Part shown: piece after piece, positions 37,015 through 48,461 of the stretch
How positions within the stretch are numbered: position 1 is the stretch's first letter
How the letters are laid out: each line of letters starts with the position of its first letter
Assembly (NCBI GenBank): GCA_026026165.1
Contig: JAPEUD010000038.1
Location: forward strand, 62,001 to 126,000
Origin: Sarea resinae
Taxonomy: Eukaryota
Direction of reading: 5' to 3'
DNA length: 64,000 bases
The notes under the pieces: generated by a model
Told to the model about the DNA's origin: nothing
What the model saw: only the letters and a program-made list of their open reading frames with translations
The model's database searches: none
Made by a program: the position numbers and the translations under genes

Positions 37015-38473
37015 ATGGTACGAGAAGATCTCGTAGCCTCGGCCGTGAGTCCTGTCTTTTATGTTTTCAAGGTGTGCTGCACCTTGGTCTACCAGCTAAC
37101 ATTGAACGTAGGTCAATTGTACGCTCCTCCTGACCTGCAAATGATAAACGTCTGAAACCAATTAACAAAGGCCACGCCTAGTCCTGCAAGATCCTTCCGT
37201 CGCTATCTCACCCCTCGAGAAACGCATCGCCTTCCTCCAATCCAAGAACCTCACCCAAGAGGAAGTTGATCTGGCACTAGCACGCGCTGGAGAAGATGCG
37301 GTCCCTCCATCTGCCACGGCGCCACCGCCTTCGACTGCGAATTATCCGTATCCGAATCAGCAGGTAGTGCGCCAACAAGCGCCACCACCAGGTGGGCCTT
37401 ATGGCGGGTATCCAGGATACTGGCAGCAGCAGCCGCCGCCACCAGAGTGAGTGTCTTGGTCGCTGCATGTCCCTTGCGGGTATGGGGAGCTAATACCATT
37501 CAGACTCCCTCAACGAGACTGGCGAGATTGGTTTATTATGGCGACGGTCATGAGTGGCGTCAGCTACGGGCTCTATTTTGTGGCCAAAGTCCGTCTACCC
37601 AGCCATTAACCTCTGCTTCTGCTGACCGAGAATCACCAATCGTAGCGATATATATATCCGCTCGTCGCACCGCCAACCCCGCCGCAACTCGAACAAGACA
37701 AAGCCGCCATCGACGAGTCCTTCACACGGACCTTTGACCTCCTCGACCGCCTGTCCACCGACACGGAAGCCCTCAAGGCATCGGAACAAGCCCGCACGGA
37801 CCGGCTCGACACCTCGCTCACGGACATCGAGTCGGTCGTCGCCGACCTCAAACACGCCGGCCGCCGGCGCGAGGACGAGAACCGCCGTCTCGGCGACGAC
37901 GTGCAGGCGCTGAAATCGCTGATCCCCAAAGCGCTCGAGGCCCAGAAGGAGACGTCGGACCTGCGCCTCCGCGAGCTGCAGACGGAGCTGCGCAGCCTGA
38001 AGACGCTGGTCGGCAACCGCATGGGTGGAGTCGCCGCGCCCGCGTCATCGTCTTCATCATCATCTACGCCGCGTCTCTCGGGCGCCAACATGTTCGGTCC
38101 CATGGGCACGGCCAGCGTCGTCAACGGTAATGGAAGCGGCAGCGGCAGCGGCAGCGGCTCCAACACGCCCGCCATCAACCACGTGCCGAATGGCAGCACT
38201 ACCACCGGCTTCCAGGATAGCCAACATAGTCAACAGCAGCAGCAGCAGCAGCAGCAGGCGTCCGCGTCTTCGGCGGCGGCGCCTCCGGCACGCAGCCAGA
38301 CGTCGACGCCCTCGCTGACTGCGGCCCGGGCCTCGATTCCCGCCTGGCAGATGGCCGCCGCCGCCAAGGCCAATAACAAGTCTTCTTCTGCCACCAACAA
38401 TAACGTCAATGGCGCAGACGGAGAGGCGCAATCAGGGACGACGGCGGCGGCGGCGCCATCGACGGGCGAATGA
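37015..38473 (+). CDS. PEX14: Peroxisomal membrane docking protein Pex14
   Basis: Exons 37015-37044, 37112-37118, 37182-37446, 37504-37588, 37646-38473 give MVREDLVASAVNFLQDPSVAISPLEKRIAFLQSKNLTQEEV...RDWRDWFIMATV...PPTPPQLEQDK...ELRSLKTLV...IPAWQMAA. Confidence 0.95.
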
Positions 38474-39067
38474 AGCGACGGCGACAGCGACGGCGACAGC
38501 CGCGGATGGGCTCTTGGTCTGGGGGTGTAGTACGTGCGGTTTCGTGGATATATGTATATCATGAGAGAGAGAGAGAGAGAGAGAGAGCGCCAAGGGAATA
38601 CAGGAAGACAGGAAGACAGGAAGACAGGGAGGGAGGGAGTCATCGGCGTCATTCTATATAATTAACCATCATGAAACCAAACCATATCTCAATCTGCATC
38701 TCAATATCTCAACTCTCAACTCTCAACTCTCAAACCTCACATTCAAACCCGTAATGGGTTTCCTGATTTCCTGATTTCCTGATTTTCTGTTTCCTAAACG
38801 CCAACGGCCGAGCGACCGACGACCGACGACCGACGACGGATGACCAGAGTGTGTGTGTATATGAGTGCGTCTAGATAGAGGAAGGGCAATCCAAAAAGGG
38901 GGACCGTGGAAATCGGTCGTGTGGAATCTTTCACACCATGTGGAGTGGATTCAAACCGTGTGGGGATATTCAACATGTGGATAACCGCCCAGGTCCCGTC
39001 CGTGGAGCGGGGGAAAACCAAGCCAGTCGCTTTCGGAAAAGAAGAAGAAGAAGAAGAAGAAGAAGAA

Positions 39068-39108
<41 letters not shown>

Positions 39109-39300
39109 AAAGCGTCCCCGCCAAAAAGGAAAAAGGGGGGCAAAGTAAGGTAGAGGTAGAGAGGTGGGAGGTGGAGAGGTAGGGGCAGAGGTAGGAACCA
39201 AGCCACCTGCAGCTAAAAGCTCAAACGGAAACGTAAATAGACACCACCCACCCACCCTTGGCCAGAAACCAAAACAGACCGAAACTCAACAGAATAAGCA
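38474..39300. repeat. SSR island between convergent PEX14 and NDC80: (GA)n, (CAGGAAGA)n, (TCTCAAC)n, (TTTCCTGA)n, (CGACCGA)n, (GAA)n at ~39041-39108
   Basis: Tandem arrays read directly. Confidence 0.9.
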
Positions 39301-39303
39301 CGC

Positions 39304-41900
39304 CTACTCCTCCTCCTCCTCGTCCTCCATGCCATGGCCCTCATACCCATGCCCCTCCCCTTCCCCCCCTTCTCCCCACTCTCCCTCCCCCCCCGCTCCA
39401 ACCACCACCTCCTCCTCTTCTTCCTCCCCGTCCACACCAAAACCACCCCCACCCCCACCCCCCGCACCCCACTCCAGCTCCGCCTCCACCTCGCCCGCCA
39501 CAAACCCTTCCAGGTCCTCGAGCCCCTTCTGCACATGCACCTTGAAGCGAATGACATCATTCAGGCACCGCTCGACGGCGGAATGCAGTTCCTCGCGCAG
39601 GGCATTGGCCGCCACGACGAGGGCCTCGTGCGCCAGGCGCGTGTTGAGGTCGCGCTGCTCGAGCGTGTGCAGGGATGTCGTGAGCGAGGTGCGCAGCGCG
39701 CGCAGGTCGTGCTCGGTGCGCTCGATCGACGTCGTGAGCGTGTTGGCGTGTGTGGTGGTGAGCTGTGCGTGTTTGGCGTTGGCGTTAGTGTGGGGACTTG
39801 GGGTTTTATTTTACTTTTGTGGAGAAAGGGGTGGGGTGGGGGAGGAGGAAAAAAGGAGGCGAGTTCGGGATGAGAGATACATACCTCCTTGGTCTTCTCA
39901 AACTCCTCCTCGGCGGCGCGCACGCGATGGCCCAGCGTCTCGACCTCGGCCCGCTTGTCCTCGATGGCCTCCTTGATCTTGTCCAGCAGGTCGTGGTTGT
40001 TGAGGTCCTGCTCGATGGCCGCGTTGCGCCGGTCGTTGATCTCCTTCTTCAGCCCCAGCAGCGCCGTGCGCACGGCGCCGCGCAGATCCAGCGTCAGGAG
40101 GTGTGAGGGCTGGTAGCCCATGGGGGCGCTGATGGCCGCGTCGGCGAGCAGTCGGTCCGTGACCCCTCCTCCTGCTGCTGCTGCTGCTGCTCCGCCTGCT
40201 CCGGCACTGCCGCCCTGTTGCGACGAGGCGTGCATCTGCGACGACGACCCGAAATCGTGAATCGTGAGCGCCAGCTCGTAGTCGTCCCCCTTGGCATTGG
40301 GCGCCGTCGACGGGATGAGGCCGATCTGGTAGCCCAGCGAGTTGTAGCGCTCGACGGCGCGTTCGAGCTCCTCGAGTTTGTGGGCGGCGTCGGTTTCACG
40401 GTCGGCCACCTTCTTCTTGGCTTCGTCGAGGCGCTGGCTCGTGCTTTCGATCGTCTTCTGCAGCCGGTCGCGCTCCGTGTTCATGCGGTCAATGTCCTGG
40501 ATCGTGATGCCCTGCCGGTCCACCGACGCCTGCAGCTCCGACTTCTCCTGCTCGGCCTCGCACAGCTCCCGGTCGGCCTTTTCGATCTCCTCAAGCAGGA
40601 ACTTGATCCGCGACTCGTACTTCTCCACCTTCAGCTCGATGCTCTGGTTGTACTGCTCGAACTTGCCCTTGTCCGTCTCGAGGATCTTAAAGTGCTTGTC
40701 GAGCTTGGCCACGTCGGGCGTCGACTTTTCGAGCTCCTCGATCTGCTCCTGCAGCGACTTGTGCTCCGCTTCCAGCACCGTCATCTCCTCGAGGTATTTC
40801 TCGTTGGCCTTGCCGAATTCCGCCGCCATGAGCTCGACATGTGGAAGCAATAGCCTGTCCGCGTCATCGTCGTCGTCGTCTTCCCCCACCTGGAGCCAGT
40901 CACGGTATGCGCCACTGAGAAAGCGAAAGATGATGCGGTCCCCGCTGACATCTACACCCGCTTCGGCGCACGCATCATCATAGACACCATTGTCGTAGCG
41001 GTCGAGCATCTGCGCCAACTGCATCATCCAGTGGAGCATGCCAAGAAAGGTCGACCAGTTCTGTCCGCCCACGGCCGCAATCTGCGATTTGGTGATGCTC
41101 TTCTCAAAGGGGTAGCGGAGCTGCTTGAGGATCGGCGGGACCTCTTGGTCGATATTCTTCTGAAACCGGTAACTGGGGTCGATGCGGTGGTAGAGCCACT
41201 GGAAGATGTAATTGAAATCTTTTTGCGTAGGAGACCTCATCGTGTTGTGCGTCAGCGAATGCTTCATCTCCATCTCAAAGTTGTATTGTGTTAGATAATC
41301 TAGTAATTCCTGTCCGATCTTCGCCTGGTACGAGCGATCTTTCAGCGGGCGCGGATCCCGCGGTACACCGGCCGGCAGCGGACCCTGCTGAAAGAAGCTT
41401 TGATGACCCATGGGCCCCATCGACGACGGTCGCGAATACACGCTGCTTCTTCTTTGCGCACCCTGCTGTGCCGAGAGCGAGCTTGCGCTGGGAGGCGCGT
41501 AGCTTTTGCCTCCACTGGCGCTTTGAAACATTTGTGTCGTCGACTGCCGCTTGACTGTAGACATGCCCATATCCGCGAGATTGCTGCCGGATGACGACCG
41601 CTGGAACATGGGTTGGTTTGGCCGGCCCGGTGCGAGAGACATGCGCGATCCTGAGGTCGAGCGCGCGTGGTTTCCTGTGAAAGGCGGATGGGCCATGTTG
41701 GAGATTGAATTCGAGCGTTTGAGCGCCGAAGCAGGTTGGGGAATGCTAGAGTTGTAGTTGAGGCCTCCGAGAGTCTAGGCTTATCATCAGCTGCTGATCG
41801 ATGAGTGATGAGGTGGTCTTCTGGAACGATGAGAGCGCGGGCGCATCCTACATACCTCGCGAGGCCGTCGCACGCTGAAAAGCGCCGTGTCTTGCGACAT
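39304..41900 (-). CDS. NDC80: Kinetochore protein Ndc80/Hec1
   Basis: Exons 41900-41856, 41774-39885, 39762-39304. [58 protein letters not shown], long coiled coil, [16 protein letters not shown]. Confidence 0.95.
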
Positions 41901-42287
41901 GGTGAAGCGAAGAGATGCTCTTCCTGTGCGTTGAGATGCCAATAGCGACCGGATGACTAGGTTAATTCGCAGGAGCAGGCAGGCCAACAGAAGGGTCAAA
42001 TGCGAAGGGTTTGGTGATGTTGGTGTGGGAGGATTAGATGGAGACGTGAAGCTCACTCGGTTGTTGTGTAAACAAAGGCTGCCTCGCTCTGATTGGTCGA
42101 TTTCTTCCTCTATCTAACCACCAAAGAGAACATCAAAATCACTGCTGTAGCATTCTCGATTGCCCATACCACGTGTCTAGAAGAGTTGAATCACTAGTCC
42201 TTATTGCTAAAATACATATCATATCTCATCCGATCCCATCACTTATTTCCATTCCATCTGTTTCGTTCACAAGGGATCCTAGAAACA

Positions 42288-43669
42288 TCAACCGAAATTC
42301 TGCTTGGCTAGCGCTTTTAGCATCGCGACCGTCTTGTCCTCCTTTTCTCGATGGATCTGGAGTCGCTCTTCGCGTTCGGCTGCTCGCGCCTATTATCACG
42401 GGGAAAAAAGTCAGTGAGACACAGCAAATCCAGGGTCATCTGCACTGATAACAGAGCCGACTCACCCTCAAAATCTCCTCCTTCCTCAACTCCCTCTCAC
42501 TCTTCTTGCGTTCCGTTTCCTTTTTCTTCGCCTTGAACGCCTCGATGCCGCCATCATCAGCCCCCATGAGCTCGGCATCGCCCACCTCCTCCACCGCGCC
42601 GCCCGGTGATTTGTCCCGGAACGCCCGCATCTTCTCGTTGGCCTCCTTCTTCTTCTCTAATGCACGCTCGCGCGTCCCTGCTTCTGCACGAGGCACCAAT
42701 TCGTCGAGTGCTTCTTTCTGCTGCTTGCGGTCGAGCGCACGCGATTGGCGGATGTCCTCGCGGCGGGAGAGGGCGGCTTCCTGATCAGATTCTTTTGGTG
42801 GAAGTGTCGATATTAGCGTAATCCATGATTCGTAAATAGATGATTACCTACCACGTCTCAATTCAAGGTCTTGCATGCTAGGGATTGCGACACCCTGTCG
42901 CCTTCCCCCCGCAGTACCGTGTCTCTCTGAAGCCGGTAACGGCGGACCCACCAGATCGTCTTCACTATCATTGTCATCGCCATCCTTTGCCCCAGCCCTT
43001 TCATAGCTCGGTGAAGGCCTCCTATGCCTATGGGATGCTGGTTCTGCTTGTTCCATCGTAGGAGTACTCATAGCCTTTTGCTTCGTAGCTGGATCGTACC
43101 AGCCCTCGGCCAGCTCTCCACGATTCCTCACAGATGTCAGCAGTGTCACTCACTCACTCAATTGATCCATCGATGGCACGAAACAAAGACGGAAGATTCT
43201 AGCCACAGCTGTACTGCACTGCACTACACTCCTCTGCTTCTGCCTCCAATGCTTGTGCCCTTCGAACTTGAACCAGCGATTGATAGACATACCATTTCCC
43301 AACAAACGCCTTCCACCGCCCCCTCACCTCGCGCTCATCCAGATCCTCGAAAAACAAGCCTTTCTGAATATCGAGGTAGAGCGCGAACATCGGCTGGTAA
43401 GGGCCCAGGTCATGTTTCGAGAGTTTCTGGGCGCCGTAGGGAAGCATGACTGGCGCTGGAGGTTGCGGAACGGCATTCTTGTTCGAGTGTCGCGGAGACG
43501 AATGGTGGCGATGGTGGTGGTGATGGTGGTGACGATGATGATGATCTCGGTGTTCACGAGGGGATCGAGAGCGCTGACGGTGCGAGGATTCGCGATTGGG
43601 CGACCGCGATCGTGAGGGATGCAGGGAGGAGGATCGGTGTCTGGAATGGTGGTGATCGTGTGAAGGCAT
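42288..43669 (-). CDS. Conserved RS/His-rich protein, SCI1 (style cell-cycle inhibitor 1)-like family
   Basis: Exons 43669-43293, 43126-42852, 42791-42466, 42389-42288. LSKHDL..YQPMFALYLDIQK..RWKAFVGKWNRGELAEGWYDP, LDELVPRAEAGTRERALEKK, ends KALAKQNFG*. Family name recalled from memory. Confidence 0.8.
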
Positions 43670-44599
43670 TATGCTGCGTACGGCACCGTGGCAGGGAGGC
43701 AAGCAGATGATGGTTCGAAGAAGAGCAAGCCAGCCAAGCCGACCTCAAGCTCAGCCCTACGAATTGAGAGACGGGACCGGTGGGATGTGGGATGTGGGAT
43801 GACGCTACTGCGGGAATAGCCGTAGTGGTGCTGCAAGTCTGCGTCAATGCGCTCTTCTACAACCTCCATTGTCAACAAGCACCCCTATCCGAATAAGATT
43901 GCTACTGAACACTCCATGAAGCATTTAGACCTTTGGTGTCGGTGGTCCGTTCGTATCAGATCTGTAAACTACGCATAGAATCTCATCAACCTCAGTTGCT
44001 CTACACCGGGACGGTAGTAACGCAGACCCAATACAAATGTTTCAATCCCAAGATCAAGATATATGTCTACGAGTGTACCATTGCATCAAGAAGCACCGAG
44101 AGAAAGCAGACAGAATTGATGCACAGCTCGTTTTCTGATACAGCCTGGTTCATCTGCATCCCTTAAGAAGCCCACTTTGCTCTGCTTTGCCTTGCTATTC
44201 CTTTTCGGGTTCCGTGCCGTTCAGTTCATCTCCTCTTTGCTTTCTGACAGCTAAGAAGCTCTCCCATAAGCTTATTTCTCCCTCCGTCTCTCTCGATACA
44301 TATCACGGCAACCGACTGTTTCCACATACCACTTCACTATCCATCGCCATAACAGAGTCATTTGCCACAACTTCCCCCGCCCGTCTCAGCTTCACCTTTA
44401 GCAACCTTTTATCTCCCTTGAATTGCTATCCTTCCGTTCCTTCATTCCCGAAAAGCTGCGGAAAGGGCATAACGCCCCGATCTCTTGAGAAGCAACCGCC
44501 TTAACTCCAGTCCATTCCACTCACTTATTCGCTCACTCACTCCACTCTCATCCATCCTAAACCCCTGTCTCCTGCCCGCACGCTTCCACCACCGAAGAA

Positions 44600-45169
44600 T
44601 CACCCGCATCGGCCACAGATGCCACATTCCCAGCCCTTGGCATCATTGAGAGCGTGCACCTTAGGGTTAAGGCACACATCAGTCGAGAAATGAAAACCCC
44701 TCTCCATCTCCTTCGAGGGTTGTTGTTTCCGCTGCGCGTTGGGGGTGGAAGGCGGCATGTTTTCTTTAGCTCGATCGCCCGCGGGAGAAGTCGGAATCAA
44801 AGCCGCAGGGGAGAGAAAAGTTGTGGATGCATGTGATGTGGAAGGCGAGGTTGGATAGAACGGGCCGGGATCAGTCGGAGAGACGGGGGAAAAGATAGGA
44901 GCTGTGCCCAGGTTGGGAGAAGCATTTTCCACCCCCCACATGCCCAGCGAGCGAGTTGACATTGGCGAGGTAGTGGGCGTTGGAGACATCGGACCGGTTG
45001 TTGCGGAGATCGTGTTAGAAGCCGCCGCTGCCATGGATGCTGAGAGAAAGTCCGGTAGCGGGCCGGACGGGGGGAGATTGTTCATGTCATACAACGGGCC
45101 GCGACAGCTCATGTAGACGTGGTAATTGGCGTGGCCGCAGCTATTGATCACCAGTTGAATTTGGCACAT
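44600..45169 (-). CDS. Small hypothetical protein (189 aa) with Cys/His clusters at both termini
   Basis: Intronless ORF MCQIQLVINSCGHANYHVYMSCRG...S/P/T-rich linker...DVCLNPKVHALNDAKGWECGICGRCG*; ATG in a GCCATCATG context. Confidence 0.6.
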   Translation of the reverse strand: MCQIQLVINSCGHANYHVYMSCRGPLYDMNNLPPSGPLPDFLSASMAAAASNTISATTGPMSPTPTTSPMSTRSLGMWGVENASPNLGTAPIFSPVSPTDPGPFYPTSPSTSHASTTFLSPAALIPTSPAGDRAKENMPPSTPNAQRKQQPSKEMERGFHFSTDVCLNPKVHALNDAKGWECGICGRCG

Positions 45170-46919
45170 GATGGCGGACTCGTTTCTTGCTCGTGATGTA
45201 AGGTAAGAAGTTTCATGTGCAAGAAAGTGATAGGAGGGCCGTCCCTTTGGTCTGCGGACACGCACCCGCTTTCTTGCCTACCCTTGACTTACACTGTTGC
45301 GCTGCGCTGAGTTGCGCCGCGCTGTGCTGTATTGTGCTGTGCTGTTCGTCTTGTCTCAGGGCCCCGGTGTCTAGGTACGCAGTACGCAGGCGTAAGATAT
45401 GTTTTGTGATTCTGTCTGTGCCCGTGTCTTTTCATCTGTTTATTTCTTTGCTTTGTTTATGCATATGTATGCCCGCCTGTCTCTGTCCTTACCCCTATCT
45501 TTGCATCGGATTATCCAAATTGCGATTGTTCACTGCCCAAGGTATCGAATAAGTGCGTGAAAAATCCAAGGGAAGGCAATGTATTGAGCCAGTACGCAGA
45601 GGAAGAGGGTGACGTATAGAAGGGGTCCCCTCAGCGGATGGAATAGGAAATATGGGATTAATTGTGAGGTATCATTGTGATGAAACAGGATTTGTTAGGA
45701 AAGAACGACTGGATGTTTGCTGAGGCGCTTGGGCAGGACGCAGTAGTATGTTCTTCTGCTTTGCCAATCGCGAGCTCTTGCTACTACTGCCTTCAGCCGT
45801 TGCTCCTCTCACTTCATTTCTTGTAGTACCGGTCAGGTCTTCTGAGAATTGGGGGAAAAGTCAGAAAATCTTCAAGATGCTTGTTTTGGACCTAGATATA
45901 ATAGCTAGACAGAAGGCAGAAGGCGATGTGATTAGTGGGGGACATGATCAGTACATAGAATGCCGGGTATAGAGACTAAGATGGGTGAATTGAGCTCGGG
46001 GCGTGAATGTCCTAGAGCAATAATGAAAAGAAAGTGAGTATCTTGGGTTTGAAGTCAAGAGTGAATGGATCGCGCTGGTTGCCAACGAGGCCTTGCTTTG
46101 TGGTGACGGCAATCGTGTTGTCAGCTGGGAGAAAACGCTCGTTGCAGTGGTCAAAGAAGTATGGTTGAGAATGATTGGGAGGGCCACAACGTATGCTACT
46201 TAGACAAGGTCAGTAATGGAGGTAAGGAGAGTGCGGATCTGGATAGAGAGAGCGGATAAACGCGAAGGCGCGGCTTGTAAACATGATATAGTGCAGCCCA
46301 GGATCGTGTATCCAGAGTCCGCTGCCTCGCTGTGATCTTCTGAATAATGTGCAGCGGAGACAAGGAGTCCTCCTGAAAGTTCTTTGGCCACTTTTGATAC
46401 TGTTGGCCTATCGAGCTTTTGGTCGATCTGGGGACATGGGACGTTGTGATTTTGCTGTTTTGAAAAGAGAGTAGTCGAGAGCAAAGAGCGGTCTGGATGG
46501 ATCTTGTGACTTCCAGGTCCTACTCGAAACATCAAGGTAGATTAGATGTTCTACTTTTCGGGTATACAGGGTGGCCTAATCTCATCGATAATGCCGCATC
46601 GAGGTGAACTTTGACCATGCCAATGCCACCCAAAGCTAGAGGGCTCCTGCACCATAGCTCATGCGTTTATCCCTCTTGGCTCGACCATCTCTTCAAGGAC
46701 CGCGGATTCAGGAAAAAGATTAATTAGTATGACATAAAGTCCTCCTTTGCAGTGCCTCTCGCGAAGCTACATCTCTGCAAAGTGTAGTGAGGATACAAAC
46801 ATTACGGAAGTATAGCTAGTTCAGCTCGACAACACCACGCAAAAAGGGTATATAGCGTAGCAAAACCACCAATCAGCGCTAAGAAGAGAAGAAAAAGCAA
46901 AAAGGCGTCGAGGAGTCGT

Positions 46920-47717
46920 TCATTCATCATCCAATATTGAGCTGGCGAGCGGTCCGAAGAAGGGCACTTCACACCTATCCAGTGTATCCGCTACAAGCAA
47001 AGAAGAGTCTTCATCAGTACAGATCATTGTATTCTCATGATGGCCAAGCTTACCATCCCGATAAGCACGCAGCGTCAACCAGGCTATGAGCACCAGATCG
47101 CCCGCGAATAACAGCCACGAGAGGATACTGGACCACGAGAAGATAAGGTGAACGACAAAGATAGTGGCGAAGAGCAGCGATGACTGCCATGCGTGGAACC
47201 TAAGCAGAGAACAACATTAGTAATTCATACTGCCAGATAAAGACCCCAGGAGGCCAGCCCCAGTATGCAAAGCGGGGGCGCAATCTACCACCGCGCATAT
47301 CTTCCCCCTTACATACCTCACATAATCACTCTTTTGCTCCACGAGCAGTAAAAACACCCCTCCAGCCGGCGGCAATAGCAAATAAGCCAGCATAGCTTCA
47401 TAATCCAGCCGTAAAGGCAAGCTCGTCTCGAAAAGATCCACATTCGTCCTCCCACTGCCACTGTTCCCACCACCTAAACCGCTCTCCAAATCCTGCCCTC
47501 CACTTCCTCCACCGCCGCCAAAATGACTCGGCGACGGGAGTTGACTTGCGGGTGCAGCCCAAGGATCGGTGATGGGCTGGAAGACTGGCGGAGAGCGAGT
47601 ATTGGGTCTGGGGCTGAAGGAGCGGGAACGGCGGCCACGGCCGGCGACATCTGGGGGTGGCGGGGAGAGTGCGCGCGTGGTCTCGGGGGATTGGTCTTGG
47701 TAGGGTGCAAAATCCAT
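46920..47717 (-). CDS. UPF0132/MJ1443-like small membrane protein
   Basis: Exons 47717-47317, 47199-47054, 46990-46920 give MDFAPYQD...FETSLPLRLDYEAMLAYLLLPPAGGVFLLLVEQKSDYVRFHAWQSSLLF...AYRDADTLDRCEVPFFGPLASSILDDE*. Confidence 0.85.
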
Positions 47718-48461
47718 GGCGGAGACAATACTGGAAGGTTGTTGTGGTGACCTGTGTTTTGGTGGAGGGTGAAATTGTTGGGTTCGAGGTTTGGAATGAT
47801 GATGCCTGTTCGGCTATGCTTGCGCCGGGTCCGGCACTACCTCAGGGTGCAGCAGGGCTAGGTCCGCCGTGGCATAGGGCTGTATGCCGCTCACCGTCCT
47901 CCATCTGATGCCTTACTCTGTACTTTGGCATTGACGCACGACTCGATTTGAGATCTCACTTCCACACTTCCTTTTCCCAATTCAATGATACCTCATGTTG
48001 TGCTCAAACACAAGGAATACTTCGACGCGCTCACTATGCAGTACGGACGGTGCAGAGACAATGCAGAGACGATGCAGACACCCCCAGGAGTAGGTCATAC
48101 AACACCTACCTTGAGCCCTGGCAATTCAGCTTGAGTATGCGTCCAACCAGAGAGAAAAGTTTTGAAGCTACCTAGTAATTAATTAATCGATTAATCAATT
48201 ACCTGACCCTACCAGAACGCTACACACGAAACGAGCAAGAAGTAACGGCAGCCAACCATGACAGTGCTTGCCCCCATGCCCATTCCAGCATCCCGTTAAT
48301 TTTTTATGCTCTCTCCCATTTTGGTAAGCCGAATCAAAGAGAAATGTGAAGATTGAGAAGAAAAGAAAGCCTTTCCATCGTCGTCAGTCATCGCTCGTGA
48401 GCCTCATCCACCATCGCTTGCTAGATCGTTGCCAATACTTGCTGCTTGGGCAACGTCAAGT

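Noticed and set aside
22934..38473. Peroxisomal oxidase and PEX14 in the same window as a functional cluster
   Set aside because: Separated by unrelated housekeeping genes; ordinary synteny.
39164..39976. 270-aa plus-strand Pro/Ser-rich ORF
   Set aside because: Antisense to the NDC80 last exon and low-complexity DNA.
1683..42792. Several AAG 3' splice sites (HOF1 1683, TVP18 14978, NTF2 16665, TBP 21372, SCI1-like 42792)
   Set aside because: AAG is a known minor acceptor in fungi; five among roughly 55 introns is not clearly exceptional.
45677..45723. GTGATGA...CTGA box C/D-like pair
   Set aside because: Only ~47 nt long, with no terminal stem and no rRNA-complementary guide recognised.
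45948..46535. Two same-frame minus-strand ORFs separated by one TAA
   Set aside because: No ATG start and no recognisable motif; compatible with chance in intergenic DNA.
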